From Eledone cirrhosa (lineage: Eukaryota), in the NCBI GenBank assembly GCA_964016885.1, contig OZ024747.1:90210001-90274000 (forward strand): a DNA stretch of 64,000 nt, read 5' to 3'. The notes beneath the pieces are model-generated. The model saw only the letters and a list, made by a program, of their open reading frames with translations, was not told where the DNA came from and searched no databases. The position numbers and the translations under genes are program-made. This document shows positions 11,161-23,660 of the stretch, piece by piece; position 1 is the stretch's first letter, and the number at the start of each line of letters is the position of its first letter.

Positions 11161-11795
11161 TGGCAGTATCGGTAGAAGGTTGGACGCCATGCTTTGCAAC
11201 ATAGAGTTACGGCCCTTAATCATCTGAGTTCAAATCCCACCGAGGTTAACTTTGCCTTTCATCCTTATGGGGTCGATAAAATAAAGTACCAGTTATGCAG
11301 TGGGATAATTGCTGGCCTTGTGCCAAAAGTAGAAACAATTATTATCATTATTGTTGCCGTGTAAGAGCAGTGGATTGGCAGTATCGGTAGAGGGTTGGAC
11401 ACCATGCTTTGCAGCATAGAGTTATGGCCCTTTATGATCTGAGTTCAAATCCCATTGAGGTTAACTTTGTCTTTCATCCTTACGAGGTTGATAAAATAAA
11501 GTACCAGTCACGCACTAGGGTCGATTTAATCGACTTGCCCCTCCCCCCAAATTGCTAGCTTTGTGCCTATACTAGAAATCATTATTATTATTGTCATGGC
11601 GGAGGATTGGCAGTATCGGTAGAGGGTCGGACACCATGCTTTGACGCATAAAGTTACGGTCCTTGCCATTCTAAGTTCAAATCCCGCCGAGGTTAACTTT
11701 GCCTTCCATCCTTACGGGGGTTGATAAAATAAAGTACCAATAATACACTGGGTAATTGCTGGCCTTAGGCCAAATGTAGAAACAATTATTATTAT
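11161..11795 (+). mobile_element. Three head-to-tail SINE-A copies
   Basis: Copies at ~11161-11345, 11366-11590 (long variant) and 11597-11795, joined by (ATT)n tails. Confidence 0.9.
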
Positions 11796-13419
11796 TGTCA
11801 TGTTATTTTGTTTAGATCAGTTCTGTTTCTCTATTGCCAGATTCAAGCCTTGAACCTACATCCCAGAAGTAGAGTCAAGCTCTTCTGTATCACAGCTGAA
11901 ATCATTGATTTCTACCATTTATAAGGATTTATTTTACAAGGTTTTCTTTCTTTCATTTCCTACCAGCTTAGTGCCACTCATATTCTGTTCTTATTTTTAT
12001 TGGTTTGTTCTGTAGGAAAGAAAGGGCTATATTTGCCCTTTGTCTTCATAAACTTTGTGCCCAAGACTGGTGAAATCGATCCAGTTTGAATTAACTAAAT
12101 ACATACATAACACTTGATTTACAATCATTAACTTCAGACCCAAATGATCCATCTCGTTTAACTTTGGTGATATATTAACTGATCTTTCTAATATTAAGTG
12201 ACCAGATAGTTACTGTATTAGAACATATTAGCATCTCTTTATCTTCTTGCTATCTTGTCCACTTGTCAAAGTTGAATTATAGCTATATTAATTACATTTC
12301 CCAAAATATTTATCACATGTTTTAGGAACTTTCTATGGTCATTCTTAACCTACTAATAATTCTAATACGTAAAATCTATTAAAATCTAATTAAATGTCTA
12401 TAACACACAAATAATAAACTTAAAAGTAATAGAATTCAATCATATTTAGTAGTTATGGATTTTCATTAGGCATTCTTCTAAGTTATCAACTAAAGTACCA
12501 ATTTCAAATATTACTATTCAGTATACAGGTATAGACCATTTTATTCTCATTTATCAGTTTTATTTAATATTTGACAATGGTTATATAAATAACTAGTTTG
12601 CAAACATTAAACTTTCCTATCAATTGGCATAACTAAACAGCAAGAGAAGAATATCTATCATTAAATGTCATGTTCCTTGTGGAAAAATATAGTTTATCAT
12701 CGTTATCATAATTATCAGATTTACTCACTGCCATAAGCCAGATAGGAGTATACTTGTGTCTCTTTCATTTGCTCTCTATCCTTGTCAATTATTTTCTGAA
12801 CTATAATTCTGTAAGCTAGCAGGTTTCTGGCTTATTCAAAATCTCTGGTTTATTTCTGTTCTAATAAGCATCAAATGCAGTACATTTTTATTCAGCTTGC
12901 ATTGGTTATATTTATTGTCATTAAATCACATCGTTGAAATTTCTAAGTAATTAACTCTTTACATGGCTCATTTAAATCAAGACTTAATAATATGTTAAAT
13001 TTATTAACTTATATTGTTAATCCAACAATATGTTATTTCTATCAAAGATATTAAAGTTTATTATCTTTATTTTATCCCATGCTGGAAATAGGAAAGATAG
13101 TTACTGAAAAGTCTTTATCAAGCATAGAAGCTCATTGGGCTGGAGCTTACAAAATGATTCCACAAGAGAAACTTCTAGCTGCTTTACATCTCCCCTTATT
13201 TTCCATTTTTCTCTATCTTTTTATGCTTATTTTGCCCCCTGTTGGCCTTCCATATTTAATTTTTTAACATTTTATTTTGTTTCTTATTTTCATATGTATA
13301 TTTGCTTATCTCTGACTATCTTGTTTGTTGTTTCTCAACTGTAAGAAGTACTAGATACTTCTCCCAGTCTGACATGGCTTACTAGCTCTATACAGATGTT
13401 TAAATTGATTAAATAAATA

Positions 13420-13750
13420 TCCTCTTCCATTCAAAAGAGGTAGATCCCTCACCTGGGATGCCGCATGTTGTGACACATTCTCTGCCTCCAACTTCAGCCA
13501 CAAACCCCGGTACTGCGGCCAGCAAAGGAAAGGAAGACAAATAAATACAGAGAATTGTCCAGCTGCTTCCTTTTCACACCGGCCGCCATCGAGACCTCAG
13601 GCATATTTGGACCCTGTACTTCCAAGATTCTCTACAAGATCAGAACGTCATCAGCCCATTTGAGGAAGGAGCCCCCACAAGGTGGTATGACTGTTGCAGC
13701 AGGTGCTGCTGGCCATTGTCTGCGGAAATGCTTTTGTGGTCTTGTTTGCA
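13420..13750 (+). mobile_element. CRE-like non-LTR element, restriction-like endonuclease remnant
   Basis: FPFKRGRSLTWDAACCDTFSASN...KYRELSSCFLFTPAAIETSGIFGP...LAIVCGNAF across frameshifts. Homologous to 40550-40905. Confidence 0.75.
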
Positions 13751-14199
13751 GAACGCAGCCCCTGTAATCCCAGAGTCCTTGCCTTTCCCTTCATTTTCCA
13801 TTTTTAAATATCTGTAGTGTTGTTGTCATTTGAAATAGATTTGTTTATGATTTTTAAAAATTTTTTATTAATAAAACATTTTATATTAAAAAAAAATTAT
13901 CTTTGTAAAATAAACAAATTAAGAATAGAATATCCTAATTCTATGTGATGTTAAGCGACTGAGTGTAGAAGATGAGACGCCAGTCTGTTGTACAGTAAAC
14001 TCCAATCTCTAGCTGTTTCTCATTTTCAATTGAGTGAACTAAGAAAATGTGAATTAGTTTACTCCAGGGATTGAACTCATCATTTTATGGTCATAAGCTC
14101 AACATCCAAACCACTAGGCCAGATGTATTTACTAGTTATTGAAGAAGTCTACTATATTTCTTGAACATCACTCAGAAATAAAGGTGTTTGGTAAAGTGT

Positions 14200-16200
14200 A
14201 ACTTTACAATAAAATTAAAGTATCCATTTAAAAAGTTTCGTCTTTGAAGATTGAAATTCATAAAAAATAATTTTGATCAAACTCTTAGATATCAAAAGAG
14301 AAAATTAGTGTTAAAAACATCAAAACTGAAAATCTAGCACTGACCAAGGTCTATAAATGAATAAAGCAAACTTCTATTCAATATACACTTTATTGTCATT
14401 AATAAATGTCTGAAGAAAAAGTTATCAAAATACAAAACTAAATAAAAATTAATAACCATTCTTAGATGTGACTAAAATGATGATTAGGAATTCAATTTTG
14501 AGCAACTAATATTGTTTTATTTGGTTTTTGACAGTGAAAATCTTAAATTTCTAATATTAAATTACAAAGCTAATTTCTCAGAATGATTTGATGAATAATC
14601 CAATTAATATGAAAATATCTTAAATAAATGACCAAAGTCATTTAAAGTTATCCTGGACCTCTGTATTATTCTAATAAACATATATTGATGCTATGTGAAA
14701 TAAGTTTGTAGTTTGAGAAATTATAGAACTTGATATTGAATTTTTGTTTCATTAAAAGAATGAAAAACTTACAGAAAGTACATTGGATTAATGCCTAAAA
14801 ATTGAAATAAAATCTGTGTATGAAAACTTTTAAGTTGATTTGAAGAAAAACAAAAATGATATCAATCTGAAAAAAGAAAAAAATGAGAGGATAAATTAAA
14901 AAGAAAATATAGAAAATATATCAAAATATGAAGAAAATTATAAACCAAACCACTGATATATTTTGACTAAATGATAGCAATTTTTCTCTGATTAACTGTA
15001 TCAATATTAGATTTAGAATTAGCTCTTTGTTTTGGTAAGTGATTTACTTAAAATAAAATATGATTATATAGAAAACTTCAATAAATTATTTATTGCATTA
15101 ACAATTCTTATAAAAACTATTGCTATGACTAATAGTTATATTCAGACTATATAAATCATTTAGTACTTTAGTAGCAAGCAGGACAGATTAGTATATACCA
15201 AACCATACATTTAAAACATCCTTATTGCATTACATGTTCAGAAGAAAATGTCTAAATGATAAGATATACTTACCAAAGATGAAAATGATAAAAAAGTGAA
15301 ACAGGAAAAATTCCACACTTACGGATTAAATATGAATTCAGAAACAGGGAATTATTCTATAAAATCAACTAAAATCAACGTACTACTAATTTTATTCATT
15401 TCGAGAGGAAGAAACTGACAGAAGGAACCTTGTTGCCTAAAATATTTTTCTTAGCTTGTTAAGGACAATCTATAAGATGGATTGATACCATCAACTCTTA
15501 TTAAGTACTTTGATCTTGATCCTTTTACTACCAGGTACATCAATTAGGTCCCATAACACAGCATTTCTTTTATTTATTCTCGTAGGCCAACAGACACATT
15601 GAAACAAGAGAATTACCCCCACTAACAGATAATTTGAAAGAAAAATCTATGAAGTCAATTGCAATGGGTGAAGATATTGGAGTTTTTCTAGGAAAAATTG
15701 CATTAATTTAGGAGTGTTTTCTCAATGAAGAAAGCTGGGCTGGAATTGAAAAGTGGTAAGTTGTATTATTTTATTGTAGATCACAAGAAAACTATCATTT
15801 GATTTCCGAAATAAATATAGAATAGATTATGGAATAAAAGCCATTTAACTGCATGAGAAATGTTGATTATATGATATAATATGTTATATTGTTAATTTCA
15901 TTTTATATCATATGGATGGAAGACACTTTGACAAGAGGAAGATATTAAAAGCAAAAGCATTCATTTAATATAGGGTTTCTAATGTGAAGATAGAAAATAT
16001 TCTTCGGTTTCTCTTTTCAACAATAAGAGTCATTAAATAGTCTATAAGAGATTTTTTATGTTTCATAGGCATATACTGGAATATTTGTCATGGGTAAAAA
16101 CAATATGGAAACTATTGTTACCTAGCATGTCTAAACTTAAGGAAGTAGCCATAAATAGTAAATGGCTGTAGATTCTCTTGTATCTTAATAACTAGTTATA
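14200..16200 (+). mobile_element. Highly decayed coding-like region, possibly a Penelope-like RT
   Basis: A-rich. 15586-15759 reads ...KEKSMKSIAMGEDIGVFLGKIALI*ECFLNEESWAGIEKW, similar to the PLE G.AMG motif region. Boundaries uncertain. Confidence 0.35.
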
Positions 16201-16896
16201 TAGAACTCACTATAACCTCTCAACTTGTGACCAATGCTTGCATGTTACTAATAAATTGGAACATTTACAGAATACTATATTGTAAAACCATAGGAATTAT
16301 GCTTTATATTAGTTAACATTTTTTGACAGGAAAACCCACCCAAAATATAATAAAATGACCTGCTGAAAATAGTATAGCATTTATGATAGGGTATGACTGA
16401 GATATAACATCTTACACTGTGAAAATCTTCAGTATATAACTGAATGGTAAGATTAAGTTTGAAACAATGAATTTATTAGTGGACCATGACATTTAAAGTT
16501 CAGTTGATAAGATGAATAATGCAGTTTTAACAGGGAATGTGATGGTTGAATATGGCTTTGACCACATAATTAGTTTAACTGTTTCCAAGTGAGAAATGTA
16601 GAAGTAAACTTTAAGCAAAATGAGATTACGATACAATTTTAATTTCATTCAGTTTAAAACTTTCTACAAAATCTCATTACTGTTAACTCCTTAAGAAACT
16701 ACTCTTACCCACTAAATCAGTTGCCTTGTGCTTAGAAGCATTACTACTTTTAATAAAATGTAGTTTGCTTGAAGCATTGTATATATTATATAATGTGGAA
16801 TGTGATATAAGGCTAAACACTGCAAAATTGATGGTAAGATGAAGGTAATGAAAAGGTAAGTTACCTGGTAATCTTTGTTTTGTTTTGTTGTTTCTT

Positions 16897-16940
16897 TTGT
16901 CCTAATATTTCGGGACTTAAAATTCCCCTCTTCAGAGTAT
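16897..16940 (-). ncRNA. Minimal hammerhead-like motif (stem I weak)
   Basis: Minus strand CTGAAGA-GGGG(AATTTTAAG)TCCC-GAAATATTA, with palindromic AATATT at stem III. Confidence 0.45.
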
Positions 16941-17084
16941 AAGGAACTCTCAGAGAAAAATGTTCCAGGTTCTTCTCTTTGGAATTAAATTTAGAATTTA
17001 CTACTTTTAGTTTTAGAATAAAGATTCTCAGTTTGAATCTAGTGCATTACCTTGTAGTTGTCGAGGAATAGGATATCTAATAAT

Positions 17085-17452
17085 GATCAAAGATCAAACT
17101 GGTCAAAGAGTCAACTGATCAAAGATTCAACTGATCAAAGATCCAACTGATCGAAGATTCAACTGATCAAAGATTCAACTGAGCAAAGATTCAACTGAGC
17201 AAAGATTCAACTGATCGAAGATCCAACTGATCGAAGATTCAACTGATCAAAGATTCAACTGATCGAAGATCCAACTGATCGAAGATTCAACTGATCAAAG
17301 ATTCAACTGAGCAAAGATTCAACTGAGCAAAGATTCAACTGATCGAAGATCCAACTGATCGAAGATTCAACTGATCAAAGATTCAACTGAGCAAAGATTC
17401 AACTGAGCAAAGATTCAACTGAGCAAAGATTCAACTGAGCAAAGATTCAACT
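17085..17452. repeat. 16-bp minisatellite, 23 units
   Basis: Consensus GA(T/G)C(A/G)AAGAT(T/C)CAACT with exact 16-bp period and no spacers. Confidence 0.95.
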
Positions 17453-17516
17453 ATAAGTGAGAGGGTATATAAGCTCTTTGCTATGTATTTCCTTGTGGTT
17501 GTTTGAATGATATATA

Positions 17517-17816
17517 TATCATCATCATCATCATCATCATCATCATCGTTTAACGTCCATATTCCACGCTTGCATGGGTTTGGACGGGAGTTTTCCCACT
17601 TGAGGCAAGAGTGGTTGTCTTGCTCGCATAGGACTGTCTGGTGGGTTTTCTACGGCTGGATGCCCTTCCTAACACCAACCACATTTACAGTGTGGAACTG
17701 GGAGGTTTTTACCATGTTATCTACACGGCCACATTACAGCATGGACTGTATGTTTTTTGTTGTGACACCTACTCGACCTCATTTGTTTCGGCCTGGATGT
17801 TGTGGTACCAACATAA
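17517..17816 (-). mobile_element. RTE LINE 3'UTR fragment
   Basis: Same sequence family as 4897-5400 and 53275-53660, with a (CAT)n tail. Confidence 0.85.
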
Positions 17817-18469
17817 CATATATATATACTATCTGATAAAGGATCCAACTAGGTATGAAGATTGATTAAAGGTGCTTGTCATTGTTTTCAGTATACAGGG
17901 AAATATATATATATATAATCATCATCATCATCATTTAATGTCTATCTTCCATGGTAGCATGGGTTAGACGGGTTTGTCTCATTTAGAGGCAAGTTGGGTG
18001 ACCATTTCTCGCTCATATAGGACTGTTTCTGGCTGGTTTTCAATGGCTGGATGCCCTTCCTAGTGCCAACCACATTTACAGTTTGTGCTGGGTGCTATAT
18101 ATATATATATATTGTATACATCAGCCTGTTTACAAGACTAATATATCTAAATATTCATATTTTCTATTATACATTTTTTTTCTATTGTTGAAGGTATTTG
18201 GCTACTGTTTCTAACATGTCAAGTGACTATACAGATGCTTTCCTCTTCTATGTATGAATGATTTGAAACTCCCTGCCAGCTTTGCAGGATTTAAGCAGAA
18301 CCAACTTTGCTTGGTGATAAAATGAGTAATTATTTTGATAAATCTATTTTGAAGTCAAGTGTTATCAACTGTAAAGAGAATAGGCTCCAATAAGCTCTAA
18401 AACATATAAGAACTTCTTGATGAAGGAGACTTTTGACTATCTATTGAGCAAATAATAATAATAATAATA

Positions 18470-18511
<42 letters not shown>

Positions 18512-19124
18512 GTAATAATAGTAATAGATTAATAAAATAAACAACTAAATGAATAAATAAAAATAAAACAAATTTTAAAAGATTAATCAATTAATCAACC
18601 AATTATAATTTACATACAGACTGGTCTAGAAGAAGTGATGTATGCAAATTATTGTTAATTAATTTATTTACATATTTTCCAGTTCAAAAGAGATGATTAT
18701 ATGAAACCTAAAAACAAAAAAAAATTAATATTATAACATAACAATAAATAAAAAGAAAATATAGTGATTATTATTATTATTTTTTTTTTTTTTGACTAAG
18801 CATAAAACCTCATTTTTGTTCGGACACAAATTATATCCAATTGAATTGAACCCAGTATATTGATTCGATTTAACTGCATCTGAATAGATGAGAAGCAAAG
18901 ATTTACCCAACTGGGATTTGAACACACAACTCAAATTTTCTCTCTACCCCACCACCAATCTTGCTTTTCTGGCCACAAACCTGGGCACTACCACCTACTA
19001 TGTGAAGGAGAGGAAGATATCTTATTTTTCATGCTGGTTAGGCCATTACTCAACAGAGTACTCAACACTTGGGGTAGTAGTGTATGGTTACATTATAAAG
19101 AGTTGAGACTCAACAGCTAATTCC

Positions 19125-19163
<39 letters not shown>

Positions 19164-22067
19164 TCATCATCATCATCATCACCGTTTTATGTCCATTCTC
19201 CCACGCTAGCATAGGTTAGATGGATTGTCATCTTGTGGGCAATGCCAGGTCAGATGACCATGTCTTGCTCATATGGAACTGATTTTGACTTGATTTCTAT
19301 AGTTGGATGCCCTTCCTAACACCAACTTCATTTACAGTGAGTGCTGGATGCCTTTTTACTGTGGCACCTACACGACCACTTTACAGTGCGGACTGGAGGA
19401 TTTTTGTCATGACACCTACATGATCACTTTACAGTGGGAGGGTGAGGGGGCATATTGTCTATATGCTTCAGCTTCAGCTTGTATCCATGGGATCGAAGCT
19501 GCAGCTGCAAGTAGCAGATTAGCCTTGATCTTCAAAGTCTGTCACAAGCACTTGATAAAGTAATTAATAAATTTCTCCTCAGAGTGAACACAAGAAGTTA
19601 GGTAATAGTGACACAAAGAATAATGTGACCAGAGGCATGTTGCCACATTAATACAGACAGGTTAAAGATGAACCTGGACCTGATCAATATATATTAATTG
19701 ATAAATATCTTCGATAGGTGCCTGGGAATCCAGAAGTTACACTTCATGTTACATAATATATATGCAAGTCAGTAATGCATCCTGAGATGGAACGGGGATT
19801 TCCCTTCATCAACAGGTTTTTCATTCCAAGTATCCACTTTCATCGGGTTCTGAGATGACACTGCCATTCGACTGTAGTAGTAAATTTGGCAGTGAGGTCA
19901 CGTGTCCTTTCTCACGTGTGTGTGTGTTATTTGATCAGTTTTATGTGTTTTGAATCTTGTAATCCCAAACTAGATATTATAAAGCATTTAATCTCACATC
20001 CTACCAGTTTTACAAACAAGAAGATAATGTACTAGAAATTGCAATTAAATTTCTTTCCTCTCCTAAATAAAGAACATACTGAAAAATATAATTCCTGCTA
20101 TAGAAAAATACAAGCTGGCTTTGGCTGAAATATCTTTGGTCATAAGTTTGCTGAATCAGGGTTGACTCAGGGCTATGCAACAATAATACATAAAAAGATA
20201 AAAGTCATAAATTGCCTGTATGATCCAAATGTTTTTGGTTTCCTCAATAATCCTATTCATTCTGAAAAATGTTATCAGTTAAAATATGATTATTAAGTTA
20301 ACAGATAAAATGTTAAAGGGACAATTTTCTTGCAAAAATAATTTATAAAACAACTATTTTCTACTTTAAAAAATACCCTGAGAGAAGAACCAAGATTGAC
20401 AGTTTTCTTTGTTGCGGCATGTGCCAGATGACAAAAGACCATGACAAGTGGTGAGATGTTTTGAGACCTGTCTAACCCATGCCAGTATGGAATAAATAAA
20501 GTAAAATAATGGCAATGTTGAATGTAGGGAAGTTATATAACATACATGAGTATTGTTTGATCTAAATGAAATATTAGACAACATACAGATTTAACGATTA
20601 TTGTTATATTTGGGGAGGGTCATCTCCTAATATTGCCAGAAAAATATAGTAAAACACACTCACTGCTTGGTTTGGTTTTCACTTCAGTATATTTTTATAT
20701 TTCTATAATTAATTTAGCTGGCAATCAATGTTTATCATTCATTGACCAATAGTTAAAAATATAAATATAAATATAGTTTCTCAAAATTCTTTTGTCACAC
20801 ATATCTGTGACATCATCAGTGATTATTATCTTTCTACCTATTTCAACACACGATTTCAAATCAAAATCCTTGCAAAACAAATGAAGTGCCACTACAGATT
20901 TAACTTTTATCCATTTTCATCATGTACCCTATAGTTGAGTTATTAAGGTACTGCACAACAAATTGAAAATGATGACTACCTCATTCTGTCCTTCTTCTCT
21001 GTCTTGCTGTCATCATCACTCTTATCATTGCCTTTGTCATCATCCTCATCATCATTATTGTCATCGTTGAAATCCTCATCATCATCACTATCATCATCAC
21101 CATTGGGAGCAAGCAGCAGCAGCAGTAGTAATAAAGGTAATAAGAACATTCTATAAAAATGTTGTGGTGTTGCTAAGTAACTTTTGGCATTATTGGCAGT
21201 ATCGGTAGAGCGTCAGACACCATGCTTTGCAGCATAGAGTTATGGCCATTTACGTTGCTCACTAGGTCAGCCCTGAGTGAGCAAACTTATTGTCAAAGGT
21301 ATTCCAAGCATGACCATGTTTTTGTCCTCGTCAGGCAACGTTTTATGACATAGAGTTATGGCCCTTTATAATCTGAGTTCAAATCTTGCAGAGGTTAACT
21401 CTGCCTTTCATCCTTACGGGGGTCGATAAAATAAAGTACCAGTAATGCACTGGGGTAATTGCTGGCCTTGTGCCATATGTAGAAACAATTATATATGAAG
21501 TTACTAGTGTTATTTGCTTGAAATGACCCTCTATTGTTTTTAAAACAGAATAGCATTTGTTGCAATCCAAGCATGTTCAATTTGAAACTGTCCAGGGGAC
21601 ATGCTGTTTATTTATTCAGCTATGGAGTAAATACAGAATATTTTCCAATCTAAAGATAGATTCTTTATAAAAATATCTATATGCATCTCCTAGATTTAAT
21701 TTAAAAAAATGATTTATTACCAGTAAGTTGTTTACCCAAAGAGGTTTGTGAAGCAGTCAACTACCTTAGCCTTTATTTGGTTTAGTATTACTTTCACTTC
21801 AGTTGCCATTTATAATATATGTGTCACAATGTTAGCTTCAGATATATGATGTAAATCTATGTTCAAAATAGAAACCTTCAGAGCAGAAGAGACAAGAAAT
21901 AGAATTCAATGCAATTTATTACGTTGTTAGATTATTTGAAACTAGCTGGCCCTGTGGAAATTTCACAATCTTTGAAACCTAAAACCTAATAATTGTTCTG
22001 ACATATATTTGCTGTTTCATCATTGGAATCATTATACCATTAATTATCATCATCATCATTTGAACCA

Positions 22068-22531
22068 TTAACCCTTTAGTTACCAAACCGGCCAAAACTG
22101 GTTCTGGTTTTATGAAATAAAACCACCCATTTTAAAGGTTTCCAATTTAACTCTTTAGCATTTAAACTGGCCATATCCGGCCAGAATTTTCTCATCTCTT
22201 TCTGTTCAAACTGGCTGTAACAGGCTGCTAATACTGATGTTAAGGTATGGTTCTCAAAATAAATAATATCAAAATTTCAGATTCAATACTATGTGTGATA
22301 ATTATGTGAGGTAAAGCATTTATAGTGAAAATATAATAGTAAATATAGAGTAATGTAAATGCCTAAGGGTTAAATTAAAATATTCCAACATCATTTTTTT
22401 ATAAGAACCTTACATTAAGTTACTATCTTAATAATGAAATAATTAATAATTTTAGTAAATCCCTCAATATTCTTCATTAGTTAATTAAAGCAGTGTATAT
22501 TTCATTAGAAATGCTGTCATGAAAGGGTTAA
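22068..22531. mobile_element. piggyBac-type MITE family 2 with a nested family-1 MITE (22147-22373)
   Basis: Outer TTAA-CCCTTT...AAAGGG-TTAA; inner TTAA-CTCTTTAGCATTTA...TAAATGCCTAAGGG-TTAA. Family 2 also at 27541-27778 (inverted) and partially at ~7999-8170. Confidence 0.8.
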
Positions 22532-22564
22532 TTTAATACTTCTTTATATACCCTGGCATCTCCA

Positions 22565-22793
22565 TTAACCTTTTAGCATTTAAACCGGCTGTATCCGGCC
22601 AGATTTCTCTCACCTCTTTCTGTTCCAACCAGCCATAACCAGCTGCTCATACTGATATTAAGGTACTATTCTCAAAATAAATAATTTCAAAATCCCATAG
22701 ATTTGATATTATGTAAGATAATTATGTGAGGTAAAGCCTTTACTGTGAAAATACAATAGTAAATATAGAGTAATGTAAATGCTAAAGGGTTAA
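22565..22793. mobile_element. piggyBac-type MITE family 1 (~225 bp)
   Basis: TTAA target duplication and CCCTTTAGCATTTA-type TIRs. Other copies at 24888-25092, 34444-34670, 37590-37827 (inverted), 42127-42355 and 48700-48898 (inverted, partial). Confidence 0.85.
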
Positions 22794-23284
22794 CCAATAT
22801 CCTTACAGATAATGCCACCTGCTGCTCTTCTTAGTATATCATATGTGAATGTATGTATATGTTTGATTATTTCAGTGACATGCTGTAAGTAAATAGCCAT
22901 TACTTTATTCTGCTTCACAGCATTACTACTTCTCTTTCCCATCAACACTCAAATAAATGAGCTTCTCTTTCACCATTACTACTCACTTCCATAAATATTC
23001 TTCTCTCACTCTCTCTCATTTGAATTATTTCTCCATCTGAATAACCCATGTAGAAGCATATTGATATTATCAATGTTTTTTGTAAGGCAATGAATGCTCC
23101 AACATGGCCTTAGTTATGATGTCTAAGACAAACTACAATTAAATAGAACTAACTTCTATAACTAAGTATAACAAACTTCTTCCCTGAAAATTTTTCAAAA
23201 GCTCTCAAGATGGCTACTGTGACCATTGGAAGATCCTGAATGTACATGAACAGAAATTCTCAAACCAATTCTTAACCATTTCTC

Positions 23285-23660
23285 GTATCATCACCATCAT
23301 CATCCAGCGGCCTCAGCTAAATGGACTCAACATTTGATTTTCATGTGGGTCTGTCGTTAATTGCTGTTGCCAAGTCCTGGATTTCAATAGCAGAATCTCT
23401 GAAGATGACATCGGTGTAGGAGAGCTTGTGCCCCCTGTTATTAGTGACTGCTTGTGGTTTCCAAAGCAATAATGGGGGACACACCTTCGTAGGTGGCACG
23501 ATGGCAGTGGCCAGCAAATCTTACTCTCCTCTTATGTACAATGCCAGATATGTGTGGGAGGCTGGTATATATTTCTTTCAAAGTCAGATGTTGCCAGCTT
23601 ATGTTCTGAATGCGTTGAAGCAGGCAAGTGTAAGTGCCATCAAGGTGCTTTTGTTGTTTC
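23285..23660 (-). mobile_element. RTE-X-like LINE 3' end remnant
   Basis: Minus strand KHLDGTYTCLLQRIQNISWQHLTLKEIYTSLPHISGIVHKRRVRFAGHCHRA, followed by a (GAT)n tail. Confidence 0.75.

Noticed and set aside
11800-13050. Possible minus-strand decayed RT (FNDNKYNQ-like scrap)
   Set aside because: Too degraded to support a call by eye.
15586-15761. Apparent exon bounded by CTCGTAG and GTAAGT
   Set aside because: Contains an in-frame TAG and a G.AMG-like RT motif within a decayed coding-like block; a TE remnant is more likely.
17085-17452. CRISPR-like array
   Set aside because: Contiguous 16-bp units without unique spacers, no cas genes, eukaryotic context.
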